From assembly GCA_037447605.1 (NCBI GenBank), contig CM074816.1, positions 697,873 through 761,872 on the forward strand: 64,000 bases of DNA, given 5' to 3'. Within the stretch, counting starts at the first letter, position 1, and each line of letters opens with the position of its first letter. Positions 22,025-34,827 of the stretch are shown here, piece after piece. Under the pieces are notes generated by a model. The model saw only the letters and a list, made by a program, of their open reading frames with translations. It did not search any database and had not been told where the DNA came from. The position numbers were made by a program, and so were the translations under genes. Source of the stretch: Zygnema circumcarinatum SAG 698-1b. Lineage: Eukaryota; Plantae; Zygnematophyceae.

Positions 22025-24810
22025 TTAAAGCCACGGCTTCACTGGCCCTCGCGCTCTGCCAATACCCCTCCCACCCCCCCCTCCCCACTTCTCGTCCTCC
22101 CCCTCCTGCTGCTTCGCCATTGTCCCCTCTTCGAAGGAGAGGTCGCCCGGCCAATAAGAGGCTGCCGATTCCTGCGCTCCCGAAAGTGCAATCTCATGCA
22201 GTCCCCTCTGACAGCCCTCCTCTCCCTCCCGCCACCATCTCCCACCCCCCTCCCGGACCCGCCCGCCTTCTCCCACCCCCCTCCACTCCTGCTGCCCCGC
22301 AGTGGGACTACCGAGGAGCTGCCCGGAGGGTCCTTTGCACGAGCAAATGCGGCAAGTAGATGCGGGGAAGGGCCTCTGCGAGGCAGTCTGCTCCAACCAG
22401 CCCCCTCCCGAGGGAGAGGGAGAGGGAGAGGGAGAGCCCCCACAGTCCAGCAAGGGCCCCTCCTCTCGCCTCACATTTGGGAGGACCAACCAAGTGAATG
22501 TTTTACGACCGGGGGAGGTAGAAGAAGGTGGGCTGCTGCTTTTAGGAAGTGCGTCTCTGAGAGGTGCACTATCGTTCTCAGTCAAACTATCGTTCTCAGT
22601 CAAACGTGGTCTGTTCGCTCTCTCTGCACTCTCTACGCTTTCGCCGCCATAGGGAGGGGTCCCCTCCAGCTCCCAGCTCTGTTGTTGGGGTCTTCTCAGA
22701 GTGCTGTCAGGCTCGAGCAAAACGTCATCTCCTCGGCGGCTCAGGAAGGAAAGCACAGATTGCTGCAGCACATCTTCGCCTTCTAACTCCAAAGAGAACC
22801 GCGATGACCGGGCAGCTGCAGAGCGACCATGGGGATGACAGTCATGGGTCACCTGCTCATACATATTCAGAGGCACGCCATGGGGATATAGGCTGTTCCA
22901 GAGATCGCTCACATTCTCCTTTGCCATCGTCACGTCGTATAGACCCTCTTCACTATCCTCAACTTCCCGCTGCTCTTCAAGAGACTGCCCCCTTTCCTCA
23001 CATCTGCCATTTGCTTCGGACCCTGCGTCAGTCTGCCTCTTCAGATCGCCGGCGATAGAAGCATGCACACTATTGCCTGCAGCCGTGAAGTCTGAGCTCT
23101 CTGCATCTTCCGCAGGGGGAGAAGCGGTAGTCGGAATGGTGAGTGGAGTTGGAGGAGTGAAGAACTGCGGCTGCCGAGGTGGGGCCTTCTCCAAAGAGGC
23201 TTTCCTTTGAAGGATGGCGCTGGGGAGACCGCTGCTCTCATATACAAAGTGAGTGAGCCAATCGGCGAGTCCCCACCCCGAGCTCAAAGCCATGTCCAGC
23301 GCTTCACGCTGCTCTGGGCTGAGCCCCCCCCTCTCTTGCACCGATAGGAGGGTGCCTGTTCATAGGGAGTTCATACAATGGCGAACCCAAAGAGCATGAG
23401 TGAGATTCTGGGAGGACTCGTGATGAGTTTAAGAGTCAACAGAAGCATCTCCAACCATGATGGCAACAGGGGAGGAACATCTTCTGAATGCCTGCCACGC
23501 CTATTGTGATGATTGTGGGATACAGAAGCTTGGAAGGTATCGCGAGGAAATCGCACTATTGTGCATGGGCAGGAGCAGAAAGACATGCCTAGAAGAAGGC
23601 CGTTCTTACCTATCGTACTGTTGAGAGGAGCGCACATCTCATTGTAAACTGAGTTCAAAAACTGCGTCTTGGCCTTCGCAGCCTCCTCCCCCGAGGCCTG
23701 CGCTTTAGTAAGCTGCTCCAACAGGCGAGACACCTGTCTCTCCAATGCGGAGGCGAACCGCCACATTGTGAGCAGGCAGCAGAGCAGCACGCCAATGGCG
23801 AAAAGGAAGCCCCCCCCGGCTATGCCCAGATCCGCTCCGAACCTGAACCCCTCCCCTCCCCCCCCCAAAGAAAAACCCAACCCTTCGTTCAATTCGGTCA
23901 GTCTACGCCTCAAGCTACTACCTTCCAGCCTTCACAGCTTGTCAAATCGGGTCCGCCATGATAGGTCCGCCACCCACCTGTGTGCTGAGGCTCTTCCTCG
24001 GTCGGCGGCGGAGATGGCGGCGATAAACAAAGCGGCGATGGCGACAGTTCCCGCGACTATGAGTGACCAGAAGGTGGTTAGGGCCTGCCGCCAAAAGGGC
24101 AAGGGAGAGGCCTCCCCAAGGAGGGACCCTCCCCCGGCAGACTGAGCAGGAGAGGGAGAGTTTTCAGTCCTGCTGGCCCTGTGCTTACTGGACCTCCGCC
24201 GCTGCATCCCTGCTCTGTCCTCCGTGGCGCAGCCATGGCTGTCGGCCCGGGGGCTGAAGGGGCTTAAGGGGCTTGGCGGAGCCTCCTCCGCCTCGGGAGG
24301 AAGGGTGAGACGGTACGTCCGCCTGGACCTGCTGCGCGGCGAGGCATTGGGCTCGCCTGCAGAAGATGGTTCTCCACTCCGTACCGCGGCGCTGAACCCC
24401 TGCTCCTGCTCGCCATGGCCGAGCGCAGGGCCCTCAACCCAAGGGAGCTCTAAAGACTGACGCGAAGATGGCAGCGACAGCGCGAGGTCCGTCTCTGGGG
24501 CCCAATCGAGGCAGGCAGAAAAAGTGGAAGCAAAGAGTTCCGCGCTGAGGATGGCAGAGGGGGTCGACGTGCTCGCCATGGCCCGCATCCAAGCCGAGTA
24601 ATACTCCTCAGACTGGAAGCGAAATCCGGTTTTCGAGAATCCTCCCCGAGCTTCCCCCTCCTCCTCCTCCTCCTCCTGCTGCTGCTGCAGCTGCTTGTCC
24701 TGCTTCTCCTCCTCCTCCTTCCCTCCTCCCGCCTGCGCTGGGTGAGGCCCCCTTTCCGGCCCCGCCGCTGGAGCCACCAGCGCGGGCCAGAAGGGCATGA
24801 CGACCGACAT
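22025..24810 (-). CDS. Two-TM protein with degenerate HisKA domain (pseudo-histidine kinase; His replaced by Asn, no HATPase or receiver seen)
   Basis: ATG in gcgccATGt context at 24810; TM1 FWSLIVAGTVAIAALFIAAISAA; TM2 IAGGGFLFAIGVLLCCLLTMW; AKAKTQFLNSVYNEMCAPLNSTIG (exon ends 23610) then LSPEQREALDMALSSGWGLADWL, aligning with the H-box KSxFLANMSHELRTPLNGIIG and helix 2. The 3' end of the model is uncertain. Confidence 0.68.
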
Positions 24811-25134
24811 GGCGCCCGCACGTGCGGAGGCGGACGGGCTTCCAAGAAGCAGCGGCGGGCACAAGCTCCGGCGACGCAGCCATGGCTGCCCCTGCCTTTC
24901 CGCCTTCTGCCAAGCAGGCTCCTTCGCTACACGCCAAAAGCCACCCAACGGTCGCGCCGGATTAGGGCGGACGTGGCGCCCTGGGAGTGGCGGTCAATGT
25001 ACGGACAGTGTATATAATGACAGGTGGCGGCAGTCGGTTGGCTGAAGGAGGATGAACGTACAGGGACCGTTCCGTACAGAATCTGGTGCTTGACTTGACT
25101 CGGGTCGTTGGTCACGTCACACTCATGAGCCAAA

Positions 25135-25295
25135 TAGGGGGTGTCAGACTTAAAAAATTTCAGTACGCGTGTTCGTAAGTTTGACATCAGAACGAGTACT
25201 CCAGTATAATCGCGATCCTCCTGCGGCGGAGTACTTTCGTAACCCTTTTTTTCGTAACGCTTTTCGTAAGATTTTGTTAAGTCTGACACCCCCTA
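25135..25295. mobile_element. MITE, same family as 3692-3897
   Basis: TA|GGGGGTGTCAGACTTAA ... TTAAGTCTGACACCCCC|TA; internal TTCGTAA(G/C) motifs, reverse complement of the CTTACGAA motif of the first copy. Confidence 0.82.
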
Positions 25296-25410
25296 ATGGA
25301 CCCACTTTCCCTTTACTTAAAAAAAAAGAAAATCTGAACCCTAAGAACCCTCAAATCAAATCTGACCGGTGAAAAAGGTGCGAATCTAGCCAAAAAAGGT
25401 GTGTAACTAG

Positions 25411-28400
25411 TAGGGATGGCCCGCGTTATAAATTCCGAATATATTATATAATTTACAACGGGTTTAAAATTAGTAATATATTACAAAATAAAACACTTTA
25501 TTACATATATTATACCCACTCGCTTTGAACAATTAATGACCGTACGACCAAAATTAGGTCGTTTTGGCGTTGGCGTTGCGAAATGCGTTCGCCGGTGTAG
25601 CACAAGATAAGTGGGGTTAAGAGGAGACTGCTGAGCTAGTTGTAGGTGCTGTACGGCCACTCGCGCGTGCGTACTGAAACTAATGAAGGGTTGGGTTGGT
25701 TCTGTGGGTCTGCCTGCAGCATAGAGCCAGGACCCGGGGGATTCAGAGGTACGCGCAGCGGNNNNNNNNNNGCAGCGTGCGAGTCATGACGTAGCGCAGA
25801 AGAGAGGAGTCAGAATGGACGTCATTGGCGCTGGGGAAATGGGGAGGAAGAAAGGGAGCTTCGCCATCGTCATCCATGAGGAGTTCCCACGGATCCGCAT
25901 GGGGGTGGCCGTGGGTGAAGTCAGGGTCCTGCCAGCGATGGAGGGTGGTGGCCGTGGCCGGAATATCGATCAGCCCATCCGCGAATATGACATCATGTAA
26001 GTCTTGATCTGCAATGAAAATCTCAATGGGAAGGTGCTCAGGGTTCAAGAGGGTGGGTGGAGGGACGGGTTCGAACGTGCCTGACAAGGATGCAGGAGGG
26101 AGCCGAGGGATCGGGCGGGCCGGCGTCGCCGCGATTGCCGCGACTACGCCTTCTGATGGTGAGTGACCTTGGGCACATTATACCTCCAACTTCATCACCC
26201 ATCGCAAACTTAGCGAGGGTAGCCAGCGACGCGCGTTCGCCAGTGAGGGCACGTGGGTCGGGCCCGATGATAATGGGTCAGCAGGCCGAAGAGCTTGAAC
26301 TTTTTCGAGTGCCCGAGGATACGCCTCACCCTCAAGAGGGCTGCATTTCTTGGTCTCGCTTATGAACAAACCCCGCAAGCATAACCGATCGCGTTCCTCA
26401 TCCGAAGGCTTGGATCGCCACGCCAAAGCCCGCTCCTACCCAGCCCGGCCAATGATGGTGGGCGTGGTGGGTCGAATTGATGCGCATAAGGAGCCTCGGC
26501 GCGAGGGCACTCTTGAGCGCTTGAAGGCCAAATCCCCGCTGCCGCTCCATCTCGTAGTGGACCTCGCGGCCCAAGGCATGTGGGGACGCTGACAAGGGCA
26601 TGTACCATGAATCGGGCGATGTATCGAGGTGAGTCCCAAGAAAGACTTGAGCCGAAAGGAGGTTCTCGTGGAATCGCATAAGGTCAATCGCTTCAATCTT
26701 GTCGAAAGTGATGGTTTCCTGTGCCATTGATGCCAGGGCGGTGCCCGTGATGAGCGACTCCTCGATGGCCCCATTTGCACTTTGGGTGCACCTCAAACGC
26801 GACCGATGCCGCAGACTTGGTCACTGTAGCTATGTGTGGAGGACCAGTCTTGCCGTGGAGGGAAGCATCATCCACGTAAGGCTCGCGTAGCGCCATTGTG
26901 GGCCGCATTACCTGGCTACCGTGCGCCGGGTGAGTCTGGTCGGGAATTTTGAGCCCAAAGGGAAGCACCGCCCATCGACGAAGCGCAGAGTCGTATGGCC
27001 CGCCTTTGCGCCGATCGGGCCCGTCGCGAAGGGGATTCACGTAGCACTTTGTGATGTCCAGGCTTCAGGAACCATCGGTCCTCGGGAGACGCCGGAGAAT
27101 CAGTCCACATCCGTAACGTGAGGCGATCCCACTTCGCTATGGCATTCGCTCGGTAGTTCCACAGAAGCGGAGTGTGCCATCCTATTGGGGTGAACGCCTG
27201 CCGGGCCTAAGGCTCTTTCTCCTGTTCCACCGGGGCCGCCGCCACGCTTCATCGACTGGTTGTTCGACACGTCACCGAAGCTCGGTAGGGAGTCAGTGGT
27301 CATCACGGAGGTGCATCCCGACGCATGTGGTGCTCAATCGTGGGTCTACGTCGAGTGAATGTCGTGCGAAAACTAGGTGATTTCGGCGCAGCACTTGGCG
27401 TATTTGAGAATGCTTGATCGGGTCTGAGAGTACTGCTGGCCCCAATCGCATCTGACTCTCTATCTCCAGCCACTCTTCATCACTGATGGTCTCGTGGGCT
27501 GGGAATCTGGGTGCAGCTATCACCGGCGGCCAAAGTTCCTTCGTCGGGCGCACGCAGGGCCGGACTGGGAGCAGGAAGCCCGCCCTCGGTATCGTAATTG
27601 GCCGACCATGTGATCTTTAATGGGGAGCCGGGCCAATCGACATGGTACATGGTGATCTCTGGGTAGGAGACCTGCGCCGTGGCGTGGCGTTTGGGGAAGG
27701 CGGAGGTGGCAAGGGACTCGAGGATGATGGGGAAGGAGCAGTCTGTCCCGCCAGTAGATAAGTGCAGCTGACACGTAGCAAAGTCGATTCGTGCTCCCAT
27801 CGCAATGAGCCAATCTGAGCCCAGCAAGATAGAATAGTGCTCAACAGCCGTGATGACCGCATTCACCGTGGGTTCTATCTCGCCATGTCATGATCACTTG
27901 GGCGCTGCCAAATCCTTCATGTAGACTCCCCTCAACCCCCACATATCGGGGGATGGGCTCAAGTGACTTGTCCAACTTAACCCCTGCAGCCTTCATTATT
28001 GGCTTGGACAGAACCGTGCGCATAGCTCCTGTGTCGATCATGGCTTTGCTGGGATGACCGTTTAGCCATACATTGACAATAATTCGCACGTTGGGTGTTG
28101 GGATCAGAGGGAGGATCTGAACGCGTAGGAGGATGGCGGGAGCTTAACCGGGTCCTGAGAGGCGCGGCTATGTGGTGTATGTCCGCCGCATGTAGGGATC
28201 CAGGAGGCGCGCTGGTAATCCTGGAGGCCGCAGGCCGGATCAGCGCCAGCTTACAACGCCGCAAGACTGAACCGCATCAACTCTGTGACAAGCAGCCCAT
28301 CTTTGCCTGTTCCCGAGCCATGAACCATGCGCTCAATCGTGATGCCATCTGCCGCGGCCGCCGGTCGCTGCCTCGGGGTAAAACGGGCTGCCCGAGGGCG

Positions 28401-31400
28401 ATGGGGAGGGTTGACGTGCATCTCTTCTGTCGCTGGTGCTCTCGGCTCTGGCTGCGCCGCTGTCGGCTCCTCCTCATTGAGATCGTCAATTTCCTCCTCA
28501 GGCATGGATCCCAAGGGATGACCCGTGGAAGGAGGGAGGACTGAAGTTCTCCGGACAGGGGTGGCGACCGGTGGAGCCGTGCCCGAGGAGCTGGCGCCGT
28601 TGACATTGGCAGGGAGGAATGGCAGGGGATGTGAATGAGGATCACTTTGGTTGACAGGGAGCCTGCGCAAGGCATTTGCAATCTCGGCGATCCGGGCTTG
28701 AGCACCTTCTTCAGAGTGATGGGGGATTCGGACCAAGCCGGTTGCAATGCTGCGGCAATCTGGGCAGTGCGTGAGCGGGCAGCAGGATCGGGCTCAGCAC
28801 CCAATGCGTTTGTCAGGGAAGGGGAGTCCATGGTGCGTGTGGATGGGCGACTGGGTGATGGTAAGCGGGTGAAGTAGGTGGAGGGGCGGCTTAAAAGGGA
28901 GCCGGAGTTCTCGCGGTGCGAGCAGCCCATACATCCATGAAGGTGACCCCAGTGAGCTCCCCGCTGGCCGTGATCTTCGCCTTCACTTGAGAGTCTCCTC
29001 AGTGATGCACACACGGGCATCATGTCCGCGGATCTCATAAGGTGCAGTCCATGGTCCGCACCCAACCGCTGGATTATGATTCAGCGCGGTGCAAGACAGA
29101 CGCCTTCCGGAACCTCGCCTTCGGCTATCCGGGACGTAGCGCAGACGGGGCCCCGGGCAGCCTCGTAAAAAGTGATCGAATAAGGAGCCCGAGCATCCCT
29201 CGCCGGACGAGAAACATCCGTATGTGAGGATTCACCGCTCAATGGGATGTGCGGTGATCATGAGGGTATGGGAAGTGTAAGGGCTTGATTGTGCTGGCTA
29301 TAGCCAGAGGCTGCACCACAGGGGCTGACCGGACGTCTTGAGCAGGGATGCCGGAGAAAGACAGCTTGTTCCTAGCAGATGTAGCATAGGGATCAGACAA
29401 CTGCTGATTCTGTGTCTTCAGGAACTGCTGGTAGAGTCGATCTTGTCGTGGATCTGTAGCGTTCATGTAATGTGGTCGTACATGTCGGTTGCCTCTCTCT
29501 TGATCCTTCAATTCGCTCTACCCTTTCTAACAATGCCCGGCATCCGCCGGTGGGTTGTCGCTACCACGCATCCGTGGAGATCCTCACGATGGCCTTGGCG
29601 GAACCACTGAGAACTTCGAAAGTCAGCAAGTTCTCAATCGTATTTGCCATGCGCGACAAAACGCTCTCGCCAAGTGAATTGTCACCGCCATCACCGTGAG
29701 TATTCTATGTAGCTTAAGTCGGTCCAAAGATGTTGATCGGATCCGGAATCCGGCCGTTGTCTCAAAGCTTGCTTTTGAATGTGTCCCTGTCGTGGTGCCG
29801 ACGACATCCATGAAGCGCTGGGACAAATTTCCAGCTGATCTGCCTCTCCTTCCAGCCGGCCCAAGGGCCGGATCCATTGGTCCTCCTTCAGTTCGCTTGC
29901 GTCAGCCTTCCCCTCAAGGTGTTCCCGTACCCATGCTTCTCGCAGATCTTCTGTTTGCCGTGAAGCCTCTTGTGATGATGCCCGTGGTATCCCTCACCTC
30001 ACTCTTTTCAAGCAGAATCATGGCCATCAGCTTTATTGTCACAATATCTCTTCCATCTTGCTAAAGAAACTCCGATCCGACACGCGGTGCTTCCCCTCGC
30101 AAAGCTGGTGCAAAAGCCGGAGGGTCCTGGCGATCGCCCCTCTTGCCCCCGCCGCTTCGCCCGCTGCCGGACGCTGCACGCTGTGAACGCCGAGGTGTGA
30201 GGGTGCAAGTCTTCCGGGAGGAATCCCTTGATCCGGGCCAGGACCGCCAGCTGCGGTAAGCCAAGGGACACCCCGGTGCGTGAGAGGTTATCCGGACCGG
30301 TGCCCCCGGTGGGTTCTGCCTTCCGTGGGGCCGTGGGACCTCGTGTTCGACCCATTACCTCTTTAACGGCATCTACGGCCGCGGATAGCCGATCGGGCAG
30401 GCCGCAAGCTTCGATCATCCGCTGCCAGCATATCGCCAAATATGTTTGTGGCCATCACCGCTTCTTAGATGAGTCAGCCGGCAGCCTCTTCAATCGACTC
30501 ATCCGCCAAGGTATGCATCGATAAGGATTCTCTTCGTGATGCCCATCTTCGCCTCTCTCCGGACGCTTCTTCTTCCGAAATCAATCCGCCTTCTGATTCG
30601 GGACGCCCGGCCCTTCTTGAGGTCCCAAGTCTTCATCTCAATACTCATGAAGACTGGCTTGTCCCCTGCTGTACCATCCATGGCGTTGTGACAAGGGTCA
30701 TGGACGGGCAGCCTCACACGCATCAAGGTACGCGGATCTCGCGAAACCCCGCACCGAGCACCAAGATAAGTGGGGTTAAGAGGAGATCACAGCCAGTTGT
30801 GGTGCGCCGCATCGTTACTTGGCGCCAAGTAAGGCGTATCAAAACTGTAATGAAGGGTTGGGTTGGTTCTGCGGGTTCCGCCTCGCAAAGATAGAGCCGT
30901 GACCCGATTCGTGAGGTACGCCGCAAATGAAGACGTAGATCCTCGGCGATGTTCCCACCGGGCGTCGGACTCGATGCCAGTTGTTCCCTTCCTTTTGGGG
31001 TTCTCCTCCCCCTCGCCCCTCTCCCTGCTAGTCTCTTAGCTAGGCTTCTAGTTATCATTGGTCATCGGGAGGAATGTAAGGCAGGATAGAACAAGATGGT
31101 AGCTTGGCATAGTGACAAAGAAAGGGAAAAATGTGACTCAACTTAGATAAAGGTTGTATTTTGAAAAGTCACCCCCAAATAAGTTGGTCGGCTTGTCATT
31201 ACAATGAAAGTATCTTCTCACTTAAATCTTTGTCTAGCTGGGCTGAATGGGACGTCTAAATGCTATCAGCAAGAAGACTCTTTCTCTCTCTCTCTCTCTA
31301 TCTATGGCATGGAACTCTCTCTCTCTCTCACACTTAGCATCTGTTGCTGGAACTAAAGAGGAAGAAGAGAAGAACAAGACAACAAACCACACAGCAAATA

Positions 31401-31937
31401 CAAATACTAAGCCCAGCACTAAAAGACAAACAAGCATCACTGACATCCCATCTACTTAACCCTGACAATAGATCTTGAGCCTTAGCAGTGACAGTCCCTG
31501 ATTGGCCTACTGCCCACTGAGAGGCCTGACTGACTACGTGGAGACTTCTGATAGGTCAATGAACGACAATCGGCGGCATCATGCGGCGCTTCCGAGTGCG
31601 CCTTGCTGGATGGTGTGCTGTTCCGTGGGCCGCCAATACATGGCGCCGCCTTTGCGCATTCTCCGTCGGCAACTCCTGGATTATGCCGGTCCGTGACACT
31701 GAATATGAATATGTCAAGTACAACTGAACGGACGCGGATCCGTCGAACGCAGCTCCGTTGTGCTACACCTGGTTTTCTGTCTGCTCGTGCTCGGGCCGCA
31801 TAATACCGTACAGTCGTACGACCGTACGACCGTACATGTTGGAAAGGCGTTGTAAATTAATATATATCAGCCGTTATCTATTCGTCACAGTTGTATAATA
31901 TAATATATAATATATAATCGTAACTAATCCATCCCTA
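25411..31937. mobile_element. Non-autonomous hAT DNA transposon carrying a nested retroelement
   Basis: TIRs TAGGGATGG (25411) / CCATCCCTA (ends 31937), Ac/Ds-like; exact 8-bp TSD GTAACTAG at 25403-25410 and 31938-31945; subterminal CCGTACGA repeats; no transposase ORF seen. Confidence 0.88.
25596..30957 (-). mobile_element. Decayed Ty3/gypsy LTR retrotransposon (gag-like, aspartic protease, RT remnants)
   Basis: Protease AMIDTGA..VLS (27841-28089) and LLGSDWL; RT remnants DGTLRFC, WAVLPFGLK, YVDD, KIEAI..FLG (about 26640-27400) broken by stops and frameshifts; LTR-like direct repeats from 25603 and 30762 (CAAGATAAGTGGGGTTAAGAGGAGA...TAATGAAGGGTTGGGTTGGTTCTG); PBS-like TGGTGCTCGGTGCGGGG on minus (about 30746-30763). 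No integrase recognised. Boundaries tentative. Confidence 0.82.
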
Positions 31938-34097
31938 GTAACTAGACGCTAAATTTTTCTTTCTTTTTAAGAAAATATTCGATATAGTTCCGATATGCTG
32001 CGGTACGGGGTAATATATCTCCGGATACCGGGTAATTCAGTACGATACGATAAACTCAAAAAACCGCAATCCGCAAACCGAAAACTGGAAACTGGAAACC
32101 TGCAAACTTATCAGCCTGCGTAAAAATGTCAAATGTAAAAAAAAAAAACATGTATATATATGTATATATATATATATGAAATGAAAAGCGCATGAACGAG
32201 TGCAGGGCATGCGCTCTGCATTCGATATCTTGCATTGGCTGCGCACAAATTGAGGAATACAGGGGACAAGTGTCGAGAATCGTTTAGCTTTGGCATTGAC
32301 CTCATGGTGTTTTTTTTCTTTTTTTTTAGTATTGATTTTACAAATGTTAAAGAAAGCACTGCTCTGGCTCACAACGGAAATGAGGGCTCTCTCTCTCTCT
32401 ACTTTGCTCTGGACATTGCCTTCATTTTGTTCTTCACTAGAGCTCCTCTGCGGGGGCAGCTCACGAAGGCGATGACAGGAAACCCAAATGGTGTAAGGTT
32501 TTAAAAAGTTAAACCGGAATCTTCGACTCCTGAACTACAACAGCACAGGAACCCTTTCAAACGAAATTTACATCCTGATGCGTTGTTTACCGGATAAGCT
32601 AGGCGTAACTTTCNNNNNNNNNNTTAGATAAAGGTTGTATTTTGGAAAGTCACCCCAGCCAGCGGTTGGCTGGGGCTTGTCATTACAATGAAAGTATCTT
32701 CTCACTTAAATCTTTGTCTAGCTGGGCTGAATGGGACGTCTAAATGCTATCAGCAAGAAGACTCTTTCTCTCTCTCTCTCTCTATCTATGGCATGGAACT
32801 CTCTCTCTCTCTCACACTTAGCATCTGTTGCTGGAACTAAAGAGGAAGAAGAGAAGAACAAGACAACAAACCACACAGCAAATACAAATACTAAGCCCAG
32901 CACTAAAAGACAAACAAGCATCACTGACATCCCATCTACTTAACCCTGACAATAGATCTTGAGCCTTAGCAGTGACAGTCCCTGATTGGCCTACTGCCCA
33001 CTGAGAGGCCTGACTGACTACGTGGAGACTTCTGATAGGTCAATGAACGACAATCGGCGGCATCATGCGGCGCTTCCGAGTGCGCCTTGCTGGATGGTGT
33101 GCTGTTCCGTGGGCCGCCAATACATGGCGCCGCCTTTGCGCATTCTCCGTCGGCAACTCCTGGATTATGCCGGTCCGTGACACTGAATATGAATATGTCA
33201 AGTACAACTGAACGGACGCGGATCCGTCGAACGCAGCTCCGTTGTGCTACACCTGGTTTTCTGTCTGCTCGTGCTCGGGCCGCATAATACCGTACAGTCG
33301 TACGACCGTACGACCGTACATGTTGGAAAGGCGTTGTAAATTAATATATATCAGCCGTTATCTATTCGTCACAGTTGTATAATATAATATATAATATATA
33401 ATCGTAACTAATCCATCCCTAGTAACTAGACGCTAAATTTTTCTTTCTTTTTAAGAAAATATTCGATATAGTTCCGATATGCTGCGGTACGGGGTAATAT
33501 ATCTCCGGATACCGGGTAATTCAGTACGATACGATAAACTCAAAAAACCGCAATCCGCAAACCGAAAACTGGAAACTGGAAACCTGCAAACTTATCAGCC
33601 TGCGTAAAAATGTCAAATGTAAAAAAAAAAAACATGTATATATATGTATATATATATATATGAAATGAAAAGCGCATGAACGAGTGCAGGGCATGCGCTC
33701 TGCATTCGATATCTTGCATTGGCTGCGCACAAATTGAGGAATACAGGGGACAAGTGTCGAGAATCGTTTAGCTTTGGCATTGACCTCATGGTGTTTTTTT
33801 TCTTTTTTTTTAGTATTGATTTTACAAATGTTAAAGAAAGCACTGCTCTGGCTCACAACGGAAATGAGGGCTCTCTCTCTCTCTACTTTGCTCTGGACAT
33901 TGCCTTCATTTTGTTCTTCACTAGAGCTCCTCTGCGGGGGCAGCTCACGAAGGCGATGACAGGAAACCCAAATGGTGTAAGGTTTTAAAAAGTTAAACCG
34001 GAATCTTCGACTCCTGAACTACAACAGCACAGGAACCCTTTCAAACGAAATTTACATCCTGATGCGTTGTTTACCGGATAAGCTAGGCGTAACTTTC
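31143..34097. repeat. Near-exact 1.47-kb direct duplication either side of an N gap (probable assembly artefact)
   Basis: 31143-32613 and 32624-34097 carry identical ORF sets offset by 1484 bp; the only differences I noticed are in the first ~50 bp next to the gap. Confidence 0.9.
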
Positions 34098-34827
34098 AGC
34101 CCCTCGCTTTTTCCATTTGTGCTTAGGTCCTTTGCGACCAGTTCCTCGTGGTTCCCCATGCTGGTTTTATGCATGCACATTTGATGGCATCATCGCCATC
34201 GTGAGATCAATGCGGCATCTCCCCTTCTTCGATTAAGCTCTGATGCTTGAAGCGTGAGGAGTTTTAGGTGGCAGTTTGAGGTTCTATGGTTGTGCATTCG
34301 ACTTTTTGTGATTCTTGCAGAACGTTCTCAACAGATGCCCCTCGTTTTACTTTCGGTCCTTAGCCGCCAGTAAGGTAAAAGGTTCAATTTGGGGGGGGTG
34401 GAGGGGGGGTATACGTGACATTGTAGAGCCCCCCATCTCTACTGGATACTGACATAATTGGGGCTGGGAATTCAGGAAAATTTGGGGTTTATAGCATTAC
34501 ACATGCCGGCCAGCTCGGGCTTGCCGGCCATGCATGGTGCTGCCATGCAGGAAATTTCGTAATGAGTCCGCGATTGTGCAATAAGAAACATAATATAAAC
34601 ATTTACATCAGAAGGCGATTCAGAGGCACTTGCCGTCTTTAACGCTCGGGCTTTGCCAGGAAAACACACTGCCCCTTCATTTCTCCAGCACCATCACCTG
34701 CGGCTCTCTCTACACTGAAATTAAAGCAAAGGAACGAAAGATTTTTTACAAAAGAAAGTTCTACAAAAGCACTGTTTCTGTCTTCATCTCGCAGTCTACT
34801 CAGTGATAGTCTAAAACACATTTCTAC

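Noticed and set aside
31143-34097. Biological tandem duplication with duplicated small ORFs
   Set aside because: The copies abut an N gap and differ only near the gap edge, typical of unmerged contig overlap. The ORFs lack recognisable motifs. Read depth or long reads would settle it.
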